Shown in pieces: positions 29,408-38,986 of a stretch of DNA of 64,000 nt. Every line of letters starts with the position of its first letter. Position 1 is the first letter of the stretch. Position numbers and translations under genes: made by a program. Below the pieces are notes generated by a model that was not told where the DNA came from, searched no databases, and saw nothing but the letters and a program-made list of their open reading frames with translations. Source of the DNA: Verrucomicrobiota bacterium. Lineage in GTDB: Bacteria > Verrucomicrobiota > Verrucomicrobiia > Limisphaerales > JAJOIW01. Location of the stretch: positions 1,520 through 65,519 of the forward strand of contig JAJOIW010000057.1 in NCBI GenBank assembly GCA_021209225.1, read 5' to 3'.

Positions 29408-30106
29408 GTGGCAAAAATACTAACATCAAGTGCTTCTATGGCTACAGCCACACTGCTGAGCCGTTTTCTTGGTCTTTTCCGCGAAATGGTCTATGCACGA
29501 TTTTTAGGTGATGGACTCATCAAGGGGGCTTTTGATTACGCATTCATGATCCCTAATCTCTTCAGACGATTGTTGGGGGAGGGCGCTCTGACCGCAGCGT
29601 TTATTCCTATATTCAAAAAACTGGAAACGCAGGAGGGCGAGTCACACATGTGGGAAAGTGCCAATGCCGTCATTTCAGCTCTGATTATTGTCTCCGCCTT
29701 CCTGGTTGGAACGGTTTTTCTAGCTCTTTCATTGATCCTGGCTGTCGCCAATTTTGATCCTGAAATCACCCTCATGCTCCGCCTCCTGAGAATCATGTTT
29801 CCATATATGTTTTTTGTATGCCTCGCGGCCACCTTCATGGGGATGCTCAATGCCCGTGGCTTTTTCTTCATCCCGGCACTGGGGGCAACATTATTGAATG
29901 TCGTGATGATTTTCACTGTGGTGTGGCTGGTTCCCATGATTGAAGGCGGACTCCCAACTCAGATTTTTGCCCTGGCTTATGCGGTGCTCGTTGCCGGTGT
30001 CGCCCAGGCATTTTTTCAATGGCCTTTTCTCTATAAAAATGGATACCGATGGCGTTGGGTAGCCCCATGGTCTCATCCAACGGTCCAGGAAGTCGTTCGT
30101 AAATGA
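29408..30106 (+). CDS. murJ: lipid II flippase MurJ, N-terminal fragment
   Basis: GTG start. ATLLSRFLGLFREMVYARFLG...AFDYAFMIPNLFRRLLGEGALTAAFIPIF is a typical MurJ/MviN N-terminus. Confidence 0.85.
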   Translation: MAKILTSSASMATATLLSRFLGLFREMVYARFLGDGLIKGAFDYAFMIPNLFRRLLGEGALTAAFIPIFKKLETQEGESHMWESANAVISALIIVSAFLVGTVFLALSLILAVANFDPEITLMLRLLRIMFPYMFFVCLAATFMGMLNARGFFFIPALGATLLNVVMIFTVVWLVPMIEGGLPTQIFALAYAVLVAGVAQAFFQWPFLYKNGYRWRWVAPWSHPTVQEVVRK

Positions 30107-30951
30107 TCCCTGGGACCATCGGTGTCGCCGCATTTCAATTGAATATGTTGATCACACAAGGTGTCGCTTACTGGATCGATTCGGGTTCCACCGGATCCAT
30201 CATCGCCAGTTTCAACTACGCTGTTCGACTCATGGAATTTCCCCAGGGTGTCTTTGGAGTCTCATTGTTCACTTACCTGCTCTCCGCCCTGTCCGGCTAT
30301 GTGGCTCAAAAAGACTATGTCTCATTCAGAAAAACTCTTTGTGATGGCTTGCACTATCTGAGTTTTGTCAATGTCTTCGCCATGGCTGTGACTCTTGTCC
30401 TCGCCGATCCGATTGTTCGGATGGTATATGAAGGAGGTCAATTCACCTTGGATTCCAGCTCCAGAACCTCCGCAGCCCTCATCAGCCTTGCCCCAAGCCT
30501 TCTCGCCTTTTCCTACGTCGGAAGCCTGGCCCGTTCTTTTTACGCTTTGGGTGATGTGAAAACTCCCATGACCATCAGTATTTTCTGCCTTTTTATTAAT
30601 CTCCTGCTCGCCCTCATCCTCATCCATCCATTTCGCCAGGCTGGCTTGGGAATGGCCAATTCCATCTCAAGTTGGATCAACTTTGCTCTCTTGACTTATG
30701 CCCTCCGCCTCAAATTAAAACGCCTCGAATGGACAAATCTCCTCGAGAAATCGTTCAGATGTTACTCTGTGCCGTCATCGCCGCTCAGGTCGCCTGGGTC
30801 ATCTATCACTTTGGATTCCAGCGTTCTCTCCAGATTCCTTCACCCAGCTTCTGGCTTAAACTCGCCTCGGTCGTTGCCCCGCTGTCTGGTGCTTCCCTGG
30901 TCTATTGGTCCGCGGCTTCCTTCCTTCGAATTCGTGCGACAACGGATATAA
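30103..30951 (+). CDS. murJ: MurJ, middle fragment (real coding only up to about 30750)
   Basis: MIPGTIGVAAFQLNMLI...FNYAVRLMEFPQGVFGVSL continues MurJ. After about 30750 this frame becomes S/P/R-rich nonsense. Confidence 0.75.
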   Translation: MIPGTIGVAAFQLNMLITQGVAYWIDSGSTGSIIASFNYAVRLMEFPQGVFGVSLFTYLLSALSGYVAQKDYVSFRKTLCDGLHYLSFVNVFAMAVTLVLADPIVRMVYEGGQFTLDSSSRTSAALISLAPSLLAFSYVGSLARSFYALGDVKTPMTISIFCLFINLLLALILIHPFRQAGLGMANSISSWINFALLTYALRLKLKRLEWTNLLEKSFRCYSVPSSPLRSPGSSITLDSSVLSRFLHPASGLNSPRSLPRCLVLPWSIGPRLPSFEFVRQRI

Positions 30952-30995
30952 TCCACACCATCAAATCCCGACGAAATGCACCATTGCCGGACTGA
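30672..30995 (+). CDS. murJ: MurJ, C-terminal fragment (real coding from about 30750)
   Basis: REIVQMLLCAVIAAQVAWVIYHF...WLKLASVVAPLSGASLVYW are hydrophobic TM helices that continue the protein in a third frame. Confidence 0.55.
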   Translation: MDQLCSLDLCPPPQIKTPRMDKSPREIVQMLLCAVIAAQVAWVIYHFGFQRSLQIPSPSFWLKLASVVAPLSGASLVYWSAASFLRIRATTDIIHTIKSRRNAPLPD

Positions 30996-31070
30996 ATTCG
31001 AATCCTTTACAACTCAAAACCTGTTCAGACTCACATCCGGATTGCCAACATCATTCCTGTTGCCAGTCCT

Positions 31071-32117
31071 TTAGTCGGCCACGTTCCTATAAGCATACAC
31101 CTCTCCACCTTCCTCATATCCCGCTGGCTCCGCCTTGGAGCAGATCTTTGTCCGCCCAAAACCAAAATATTTCCTCCTCTCCCCGTAAAATTCCTCAATA
31201 AAATCCCGACTCCCAATAATTAAACCATCAGAAAAATACCGGACTTTCACCCGGAGAATGTCCATTTCGCTCAACCGGCTCCAGTCCGATTCCAGTGAAA
31301 AATTCCCCGCTTCAGACTCCGTCATAACTGGTTTGCTGGAACTCTGTGCAATGGCTCGAAAAAATAAATGCTGCCTGTATGCTTTCGAGGCTTTCTCCCA
31401 ATTCAGCGCATTGCCCATTCCCGAAACAAGACTGATTATCCCTTCTCTGGCTGTTTTGCCTCCGGCCAATGATTCCGTATATGAACACCACCTGTACTCA
31501 CTGGGGTCCTTCACAAGTCTGGCTCTCAGTGGGTTTAATTCTATATAGGCTGCCACCCTCAACAATACATTCCCTTGCCCTTCAATCACAATGCTCCGGA
31601 ATCGCTCTTCCCACAAAGTTCCCTTTCGCTCATTCAGTCCGTTATACCATTTTGAGAACCTCAGCTTGATGTCCTTGACAAAATTGGACAAATCATACAT
31701 CCGGCACCTCATCCTGTCATAAAACTCGTTCTCATATCCCTCATCCCCATTCCCAACGCGCTCACTTATCATTTCATCATATTCCTTCAGCTGTTTCTCA
31801 GAATAGATGTGTCTCATCCGCTCCCGCACCTCGGCGTTCGATATCACTCCCGGCTTCACAGGAACGTATATCAATAAATGAAAATGATTCCCCATCAAAC
31901 AATATGCCTTCACTCGCAATCCGGAAAAGGACTCGAATTGTCTGATCAAACGCAGAAATGCCGACTTCTCCCTCTCTTTCACTCTTTCAAAATCAGCCGA
32001 CGATCCACGACTCGGCTGATGACGTGGAAATACTGACCCCTGTTCCCTGCAATCAATGCTCCTCTGGGTATTCGCATGCGAGGATAATAAAGTACCAGGT
32101 ACATTATTACTAGACAT
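31071..32117 (-). CDS. IS200-like / REP-associated-type Y1 (HUH) transposase-like protein, frame-shifted near the 5' end
   Basis: AYCLMGNHFHLLIYVP (HUH) and YIELNPLRARLVKDPSEYRWCSY. The family-typical N-terminus MRIPRG...GQYFHVISRVVDRRLI lies in another frame (32077 down to about 31990). Confidence 0.7.
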   Translation of the reverse strand: MSSNNVPGTLLSSHANTQRSIDCREQGSVFPRHQPSRGSSADFERVKEREKSAFLRLIRQFESFSGLRVKAYCLMGNHFHLLIYVPVKPGVISNAEVRERMRHIYSEKQLKEYDEMISERVGNGDEGYENEFYDRMRCRMYDLSNFVKDIKLRFSKWYNGLNERKGTLWEERFRSIVIEGQGNVLLRVAAYIELNPLRARLVKDPSEYRWCSYTESLAGGKTAREGIISLVSGMGNALNWEKASKAYRQHLFFRAIAQSSSKPVMTESEAGNFSLESDWSRLSEMDILRVKVRYFSDGLIIGSRDFIEEFYGERRKYFGFGRTKICSKAEPAGYEEGGEVYAYRNVAD

Positions 32118-32120
32118 AAG

Positions 32121-33968
32121 TTACTGGATATTGAGGCGTGCTTTGACGATGGGGAGCCAGTCATCGGATATGGGGTTATCGAAGAATTGAAGTTGTTTTG
32201 ATTTGGAAAGGAAGGAGTAGGCTTGTTGGTTTTGATCGGTGATGCAGAGGTGTCTTCCGAAATGGGCGAGAGTGTCATAGCCATTGGGGTCGATGGCGAG
32301 GGCCTTGAGAAAAGCGGAATGGGCATTGTCGAACTGGTAAAGTTGGTCGAGAACGATGCCTGACTTGAGGAAAGCTTTGTAATGGAATGGGTTGGCGTCA
32401 ATGGCATTCTGGTAGCAATTGAGAGCGAGCTGCAGGTCGTCCGGGTCGGGAGAGAGGCGGTGGAAGTCACCGAGTTTGGTGAGGTAAAGGAAGTTTTGCG
32501 GGTCGAGGTGACACAGGTTGGTAAGGATAGTGAATTGCTCGGAGGCGGACTGGGAGTTTTTCAGTTTGGAATCGAGATGATGAGTGGAGAAGAGGGTAAA
32601 AGCAGAGGAGGTGAGAAAGATACCGGCTGCAATAAAGCAAGGAATCTGGATGGCAACAATGGACCAATTGGGAGAGATCCAGAATTGGCGGGTTGCATTT
32701 CTCCATTGTGAGGCGGCGACTGCGAGTAAAGTCGCAGTCAAGGCAGCGTTTGCGGGGATCTGAAGATTAAAATCGACGAATGAGTGGATGAGGATGGCGA
32801 GGATGCCCAGAGAAGTCCCGAGAAGCACGGGTTCTTTGTTGCTGTTTTTCTGTCCGAAACCATCCTGCGATCTGCTATTTCCTTTCCAGATGGATTTAAA
32901 ATTGAAACAGATGAGCAGGACTGGAGAGAGAGCCAGGATGAAGCCCAACAAGCCATAGTCGGTGAGTGTGTTCAGGTAGTCATTGTGTGCATATCCGGCT
33001 CTGTATTGGAAGTTTTCTGGTCGGTATTTGGGGAATACATAGTCGAAATGTCCAGGGCCGGTTCCGAACCACGGGTTATTTTTCCAGATTTGAAAGGCTG
33101 GTTTCCAAATGAGGAAGCGGATATTGTCAACTTTTCCGGAGTCGAGGGTGACCTCATGGATGCGTTGATTGAGCTGGTGATTGGATTTGGCGAAGAACCA
33201 GACGCCAGCGGTGAGGAGGATAAATACTCCCAGAGTGGCAAATCTGAGGTGTGGGCGGCGCAGGAGGATCAGGGTTAAGACAGTGAGAGAAACCCCAAGG
33301 CTGAACCAGGCGCCGCGGGAGAAAGTGACTATGAGACCAGCAACCATGACCAGAGCGCAGTAAATCAGAGCGATTTTGAGAGATGGGCTGAGTTTGCTGG
33401 TCAGTCCGAGAGCAAGGGCGACAGGTGCGATTAATTCAAGCAGTCCGCCGAGGTGATTCGGGCAGATATAGGTCCCACTGGCGCGACCCCAATACTGCAT
33501 AGGGAGATTTTTTCCGAGGACTGTCTTGGAGTCGGTGATGTATTGGATGATAGCCAGGACAGCCTGACCGGTGCCCAGGATAATGAGGACCGCCAGGATG
33601 GCAAAAACCCAGGATTGTTTATGGAGTTGCTGAGTGATGACGATGAAAATACCCGAGTAGATCATCAATCGCATCAGTTCCTGACGGGCCACGAATTCAA
33701 TGTCCGCCTGGGTATATCTCCAGATGACATAACCCAGAAAAAACAGCACTGCATATGTGGGGGGGAGCCACAATTGCCGTGCCCGCGGTCTTATGGCCAG
33801 GATGACTCCATGGAGGCAGAGCATGATTCCAGAGACTCCAGCCATGACAGCGAAGGAGTCCTGATCGACACTTCCCAACCATATTGGACTGACGAGGCAC
33901 AGGAAAGCCACCGCAAGAAAGAGCGGGAATTCGAGTAAATAATCAAAGAAGGATTTTGAGCGCCCCAT
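32121..33968 (-). CDS. O-antigen ligase (Wzy_C)-like polytopic membrane protein with C-terminal TPR repeats
   Basis: 615 aa with at least 10 hydrophobic helices and an FSRGAWFSLG motif. The C-terminal 130 aa are TPR-like (ALNCYQNAIDANP..., AFLKALAIDPN...). Confidence 0.7.
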   Translation of the reverse strand: MGRSKSFFDYLLEFPLFLAVAFLCLVSPIWLGSVDQDSFAVMAGVSGIMLCLHGVILAIRPRARQLWLPPTYAVLFFLGYVIWRYTQADIEFVARQELMRLMIYSGIFIVITQQLHKQSWVFAILAVLIILGTGQAVLAIIQYITDSKTVLGKNLPMQYWGRASGTYICPNHLGGLLELIAPVALALGLTSKLSPSLKIALIYCALVMVAGLIVTFSRGAWFSLGVSLTVLTLILLRRPHLRFATLGVFILLTAGVWFFAKSNHQLNQRIHEVTLDSGKVDNIRFLIWKPAFQIWKNNPWFGTGPGHFDYVFPKYRPENFQYRAGYAHNDYLNTLTDYGLLGFILALSPVLLICFNFKSIWKGNSRSQDGFGQKNSNKEPVLLGTSLGILAILIHSFVDFNLQIPANAALTATLLAVAASQWRNATRQFWISPNWSIVAIQIPCFIAAGIFLTSSAFTLFSTHHLDSKLKNSQSASEQFTILTNLCHLDPQNFLYLTKLGDFHRLSPDPDDLQLALNCYQNAIDANPFHYKAFLKSGIVLDQLYQFDNAHSAFLKALAIDPNGYDTLAHFGRHLCITDQNQQAYSFLSKSKQLQFFDNPISDDWLPIVKARLNIQ

Positions 33969-33995
33969 TATGATGAGCTCGGGAGGTCCGCAGGG

Positions 33996-35375
33996 TTAAA
34001 GAACGTCCCTTGGGTCCGTGATATAACCAGTGAGAGCTGAAGCCGCGACTGTCATGGGCGATGCCAGGAAAACCTGGGACTCCTTATGTCCCATTCGTCC
34101 GGGGAAATTTCTATTTGTGGCACTGATACATTTGAGGGGAGTATTCATTCTGCCAAATGTGTCCACTGGGCCACCGAGACAGGCGGCACAGCCGGCATTT
34201 TCAGTTAATTTCACCCCTGCGTTGAGAAGGATGTCCCACACTGAGGAATCGCCCCATTTTTCGGACTTCAGATCGTTGACTATCTCTGGGGTGGCTGGAA
34301 CTCCGAAGGTATCAATTTTGACGGATTTACCGGAGATGATTCTGGCAAAGTCCAGGAAATCACTGGTTTTACCCCCTGTGCAGGAGCCGATGTAAGCACG
34401 ATCGAGTTTGAGATCGCGCAGTTCGCGGGCCAGCTTTCTGTTACCTGGATCCGGGTGGCAGGCGACGGTTGGTTCAAGATCGCTCAGGTTGATGGTCGAG
34501 TCGTAGGAGAATTTTTGTGAGGAATCCGCAAAGACAGGCTCATAACTTGATTTTGTACCATTGAGCTGGCAGCGGTAATCCACAAAATTTTTGGTTTTAT
34601 CATCGAATTCAAAGATTCCGTTTTTCCCACCCGCTTCGATGGCCATATTGGCGATGGTCATGCGGTCATCCATGGAGAGGTTTGAGGCTCCGGATCCATC
34701 GAACTGCATTGCTTTATAGGTGGCGCCATCGAAACCGATTTCTCCGATCACATGGAGGATGATGTCTTTAGCCATGACGCCTGGCTGGAGTTGGCCGACC
34801 AAATGAAAGCGCATGGTTTCCGGGACTTTAATGAGGAGTTTTCCCGTGCCCATAACGAATCCGGCGTCTGTGTTTCCGATTCCAGTCGCAAATTGGTTGA
34901 AAGCACCAGCCATGCATGTATGGGAGTCGGTTCCGAAGAGGATTTCGCCTGGGCGTGTGTGACCCTTCTGAGGCAAGGCTGTGTGGCAAACCCCGGCATA
35001 CTGGGACCCATATTGGCGAAGAAGATTCCCTTTACTCGGGTCAAACACCCAGGAACCATTTGGGTCATCGATGACATCGTAGAAGTATTTAATCCCCTGT
35101 TCGCGCACGAAATCGCGCAGGATGTCGACATTTCTGTTGGATTTTGAATCGGCCGTGAAGATGTAATGATCTGGGATGATGACTACCTTTCCGGCATCCC
35201 ACACCTTAGCGCTTGTGCCAAATTCACGTTTAAAGACTCCGATTGTGCCTGGGCCGCAAACGTCATGAGTCATGAGCACATCTGTTTGGACCCAAACATT
35301 GTCACCCGCTGCTACGGTGGATTTACCGGCGGCGCGGGCTAGTATTTTTTCAGTGAGCGTCATCGCGTCATTCAT
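33996..35375 (-). CDS. leuC: 3-isopropylmalate dehydratase / homoaconitase-type large subunit (aconitase family)
   Basis: MTLTEKILARAAG...DVLMTHDV, GTDSHTCMAGA and IGSCTGG are aconitase-family Fe-S ligand contexts. The start is at 35375 or 35363. No small subunit is adjacent. Confidence 0.8.
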   Translation of the reverse strand: MNDAMTLTEKILARAAGKSTVAAGDNVWVQTDVLMTHDVCGPGTIGVFKREFGTSAKVWDAGKVVIIPDHYIFTADSKSNRNVDILRDFVREQGIKYFYDVIDDPNGSWVFDPSKGNLLRQYGSQYAGVCHTALPQKGHTRPGEILFGTDSHTCMAGAFNQFATGIGNTDAGFVMGTGKLLIKVPETMRFHLVGQLQPGVMAKDIILHVIGEIGFDGATYKAMQFDGSGASNLSMDDRMTIANMAIEAGGKNGIFEFDDKTKNFVDYRCQLNGTKSSYEPVFADSSQKFSYDSTINLSDLEPTVACHPDPGNRKLARELRDLKLDRAYIGSCTGGKTSDFLDFARIISGKSVKIDTFGVPATPEIVNDLKSEKWGDSSVWDILLNAGVKLTENAGCAACLGGPVDTFGRMNTPLKCISATNRNFPGRMGHKESQVFLASPMTVAASALTGYITDPRDVL

Positions 35376-36052
35376 CCTAGCTCGGGGAGGAAGTCCATGC
35401 AATCCATGAAATCGGTCCACCTGCAGAATCTGATTCAAAGCGGGTCAGCTTTCCGTCCATCCAGAGGACAGACATCCAGTGCGGAAGCGGCCATCCTTGG
35501 GGGGCTGGTAAGGTGAATTGGAGGATTCCACCATTGAATGAGCAATCATCCTCTCCCTGACAAAGGTCATGGAAGAAAGGGTGGGAACATTCGGCAGATG
35601 GAAAGGTTTTGAATCTGATGGGATGAAAATGGGAGGGCATGAAAAGGATCGAAGGCCACACTGGTGGCGTGGATCTGGCTAATTCAAGCGAGCCAGGTGA
35701 GATCAGTACGGAGTCGCATGCCTTGAACATATGTACAGAGATACTGTGTCAAAATATGCGACATACATGTCTATAAAATGGTGGGTTGGCAAAAGACTTC
35801 AGGGAATTGGCATAATAGTGATGGGGAATAAATATTTGATTGAGGGTGAGATGAAACGACAAATGTCAATGCATGGGACAGGTGTGGATGCCCGCATTCA
35901 GAAATTTAAATGAGCAGCCGATAGGTGGATCAGAAAATCCATCATCCTCGATGGCAGGTTGTAAAGATGTGTCCTGAATATGCCGCAAATGCACTCGGCC
36001 AGCCATCGATAAATTGCGACCCAAGAGAGGATGAGCTGATCAAGGAATAGAT

Positions 36053-38986
36053 ATGAGTGTGATAGCAGCAAGAAGGAATAACTTCAGGGACGATTCACAA
36101 CAATTTGAATTTAAGATGAACAATAAATTAACAATGAGGGCACTGGCTCAGAAGGTCATGCTGGCAGCAGTCCTGGTGATTGGGAATCTGTTATGTGATA
36201 CTGTGGCTCAGAATCTGGACGTGCAATCCACATCAAACTGGAAAGTCGTTGGGGATGCTTCACTCAGTGGGGGAAATGTTGTACTGACAGCGGCATCAAA
36301 AAATAAAGTTGGAGCTGCCTGGTTTAAGAATGCCATTGACCTGGCCTATGATTTCAAGGCCGAGTTTGAAGTCTACCTTGGCAACAGAGATTCCTCAGGG
36401 GGGGATGGGATAGCCTTTGTGCTGCACAGAGACAGCCGTGGGTATCTTGCACTTGGAGAGGGATCGGCTGGATTGGGATTCGCGGACTCCGGACAGGTCA
36501 GCGGCAGTCAGAAGATCCTGCCTTCCCTGGGGCTGGAGTTTGATTCGACCCAGAACCAGAAGGGTGATGGAACTGTGGATCCTGAATTTGATCATGTCGC
36601 CATATATAAGCACGGCAGTCTCAATACTGCTGCCGCGGGGCCATCCGCAATCGGGGAATATGAGTATAAAAGCAAAAAAAGCGGCGGCAACCTGACGGCA
36701 TATGATGACGCTGAAGATGGGGATTGGCATGATGTGAGCATTCAGTGGGTTGCCGCAAGCAAAACGCTCATTGTTAAATGGGATGATGAGAAAATATTGA
36801 GTTACAATGAAGATCTGGTTCAGAATTATTTTAGAAGCAACAGCCTTGTCAACATGGGATGGACCGGAGCCACTGGTTCAAAATATAACTATCAGGCAGT
36901 TAAACCCAAAAGTTTTTCCGGCAGGCAATCTCCTCTTGGCAGTGATGGCGTAATTATTGAGCAGAAGGATTCTGATGGGGATGGGATTTTTGACTCAGTG
37001 GACCCATTTTATGATGTTATTGCGTCGACAGATGAAGACAGTGATTTGGTTGCTGACCTGAAGGCGCTTTTTCCGTCTCCATCAGGCATCATGGTTCCCC
37101 CCGGGTTTGGCATTTCTGACGGGGCAAATTCATTGTCGAACAGTTCAAACGCCCCGGTACTTTTCACCCCGGATTTAAACCGGACATTATATGTGAGAGC
37201 TCCGGAGAATTTTGGAGATAACTATATTCTTGACGTGCCTGGTGCGCCGCCCGGGAAGTTGAATGTTCGGGTAAAACCGCTGGCGGATCCGATAAACCTG
37301 GTTTTTTCATCGTCCTCCATCAAACTATACGAGGATGCCAATCAGAATGAGGTTCAGGATGGCCAGGAAACCAACACCTTTTTCCATGGCAATGGATACG
37401 AGCCCGATGGAGGATCGACGCATCATATCAATTTTGAAATTCCTTTGGCACTGGACCTGGCCAATGTGGAAATTCAGGTGGATTTTCCTACATACGACAA
37501 CGATGTGACTGTGGTATTTGGTGGGGTGGCATACGAGGATTACCTTGGAACTCAGGAGAATAATCCGGAATCATTCATTGATTTTCCCTGGCAACCCAAT
37601 GTGAATGGTCTTCCCAGAGCCCGGGTTATTTTCAAGGAGAGAGAAATCATCTTTTATGCGACTGCCGGCAGCGATTCGCGCACCCTGGAAATCATTGCAC
37701 GGGAGACGTTTCCAGACGGAGTCAAGCTGACTCATGGGCGGAATGATGTGATCTTCATCAATCCGGATGGTTCTGGACCGGACAGTATCCGCGGAGTCAT
37801 GACGTGGTCGTATCCGAGTCGAGCCGACATTACCGGGCGGTTTAACTCAGACCTTCCAGTCAATATAGATGTGTCACTTTCAGACAACGATGGGAGTGAG
37901 GTTCTCAAATCTCTTGTTATCAACCAGATTCCATCGGGAGTCATATTCAGTGATGGAGTGAATCGTTATACATCCACTGGATCGGCCGGGAGCGTTGATA
38001 TCACTTCCTGGAACCGCCAGAAGCTGACATTGCGCGTCCCGAAAACATCTTCGAGCAGTTTTGATGTTTCAGTGGATGCCACCAGTCGGGAGGTTGGGAA
38101 CAACGATCAATACACGACATCCCGGCCAATGAAGGTTGCCGTGTACGATCTGGATAGTGATGGGGATGGAATTAATGACTCGATTGAGTGCCCTATTTTC
38201 ACATCTCAACCAGGCGACTGGGTGGTGGATGATTCATTGCTGAGAAGTAATCAGCTCTCCATCACACTGGGTGGGATAGGAGTTTTCGTTACCGACCTGG
38301 GCGTGAATAATAATGTTCCTGGTTATACATTTCTGGATACGACTGGTGGGGTGAGTTATTATAGAATGACCCGATGGACAGGCAACCAGACCACTTCGAT
38401 TGGAAGGACCTTCAACTTTGGCGTGGCGATTCTCGATCTGGGAAGGAGCCATGGATACCAGTTTCTGGATTACTCGCATACGAATAATGACCGCGAGTTG
38501 ACTCGGCAGGATATTCGGATTCATGGGGCCAATGGGAATGTTCTGACCCATGATATACGAACAGAAATATTTGAAAACTATCCTGAAGGAGGAAGGTTTA
38601 ATGAAACATTTCAGTATTCGATACCACTGACTGCCGAAGCATTTGGTGTTGATCAGCGGGTATTTGAGGCAGTCATGTCCAATGTGGCTGGTGTGGAAGT
38701 GCGCGCCGAGCTTTGGGTTGGATTGAGCGGGGTAGAAGGATATTTGACATCTGCGGGAGCCTATTTATCCGGTTGTCCTGATCATGATGGCGATGGCACA
38801 CCAAACTTCCTTGATACGGATTCAGACAATGATGGCGTTCCGGATTCCATTGAAGGAATTGTCGATTCCGATGGGGATGGAACACCTGACTACCTTGATG
38901 AGGATGACGATGGGGACACCTTGCTGACCATGTATGAATATATGCCTGTCGATTTCGCCAATGATCCGGATAGGATGGAAAAATGA
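36053..38986 (+). CDS. giant surface protein A, segment 1: signal peptide, L-type lectin-like domain, unknown middle region, TSP3-like Ca-binding repeats
   Basis: Probable start is the ATG at 36116 ([26 protein letters not shown]). GDGIAFVL...LGLEFDS...FDHVAIY is legume-lectin-like. The C-terminus is [22 protein letters not shown]...[18 protein letters not shown]. Confidence 0.8.
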   Translation: MSVIAARRNNFRDDSQQFEFKMNNKLTMRALAQKVMLAAVLVIGNLLCDTVAQNLDVQSTSNWKVVGDASLSGGNVVLTAASKNKVGAAWFKNAIDLAYDFKAEFEVYLGNRDSSGGDGIAFVLHRDSRGYLALGEGSAGLGFADSGQVSGSQKILPSLGLEFDSTQNQKGDGTVDPEFDHVAIYKHGSLNTAAAGPSAIGEYEYKSKKSGGNLTAYDDAEDGDWHDVSIQWVAASKTLIVKWDDEKILSYNEDLVQNYFRSNSLVNMGWTGATGSKYNYQAVKPKSFSGRQSPLGSDGVIIEQKDSDGDGIFDSVDPFYDVIASTDEDSDLVADLKALFPSPSGIMVPPGFGISDGANSLSNSSNAPVLFTPDLNRTLYVRAPENFGDNYILDVPGAPPGKLNVRVKPLADPINLVFSSSSIKLYEDANQNEVQDGQETNTFFHGNGYEPDGGSTHHINFEIPLALDLANVEIQVDFPTYDNDVTVVFGGVAYEDYLGTQENNPESFIDFPWQPNVNGLPRARVIFKEREIIFYATAGSDSRTLEIIARETFPDGVKLTHGRNDVIFINPDGSGPDSIRGVMTWSYPSRADITGRFNSDLPVNIDVSLSDNDGSEVLKSLVINQIPSGVIFSDGVNRYTSTGSAGSVDITSWNRQKLTLRVPKTSSSSFDVSVDATSREVGNNDQYTTSRPMKVAVYDLDSDGDGINDSIECPIFTSQPGDWVVDDSLLRSNQLSITLGGIGVFVTDLGVNNNVPGYTFLDTTGGVSYYRMTRWTGNQTTSIGRTFNFGVAILDLGRSHGYQFLDYSHTNNDRELTRQDIRIHGANGNVLTHDIRTEIFENYPEGGRFNETFQYSIPLTAEAFGVDQRVFEAVMSNVAGVEVRAELWVGLSGVEGYLTSAGAYLSGCPDHDGDGTPNFLDTDSDNDGVPDSIEGIVDSDGDGTPDYLDEDDDGDTLLTMYEYMPVDFANDPDRMEK

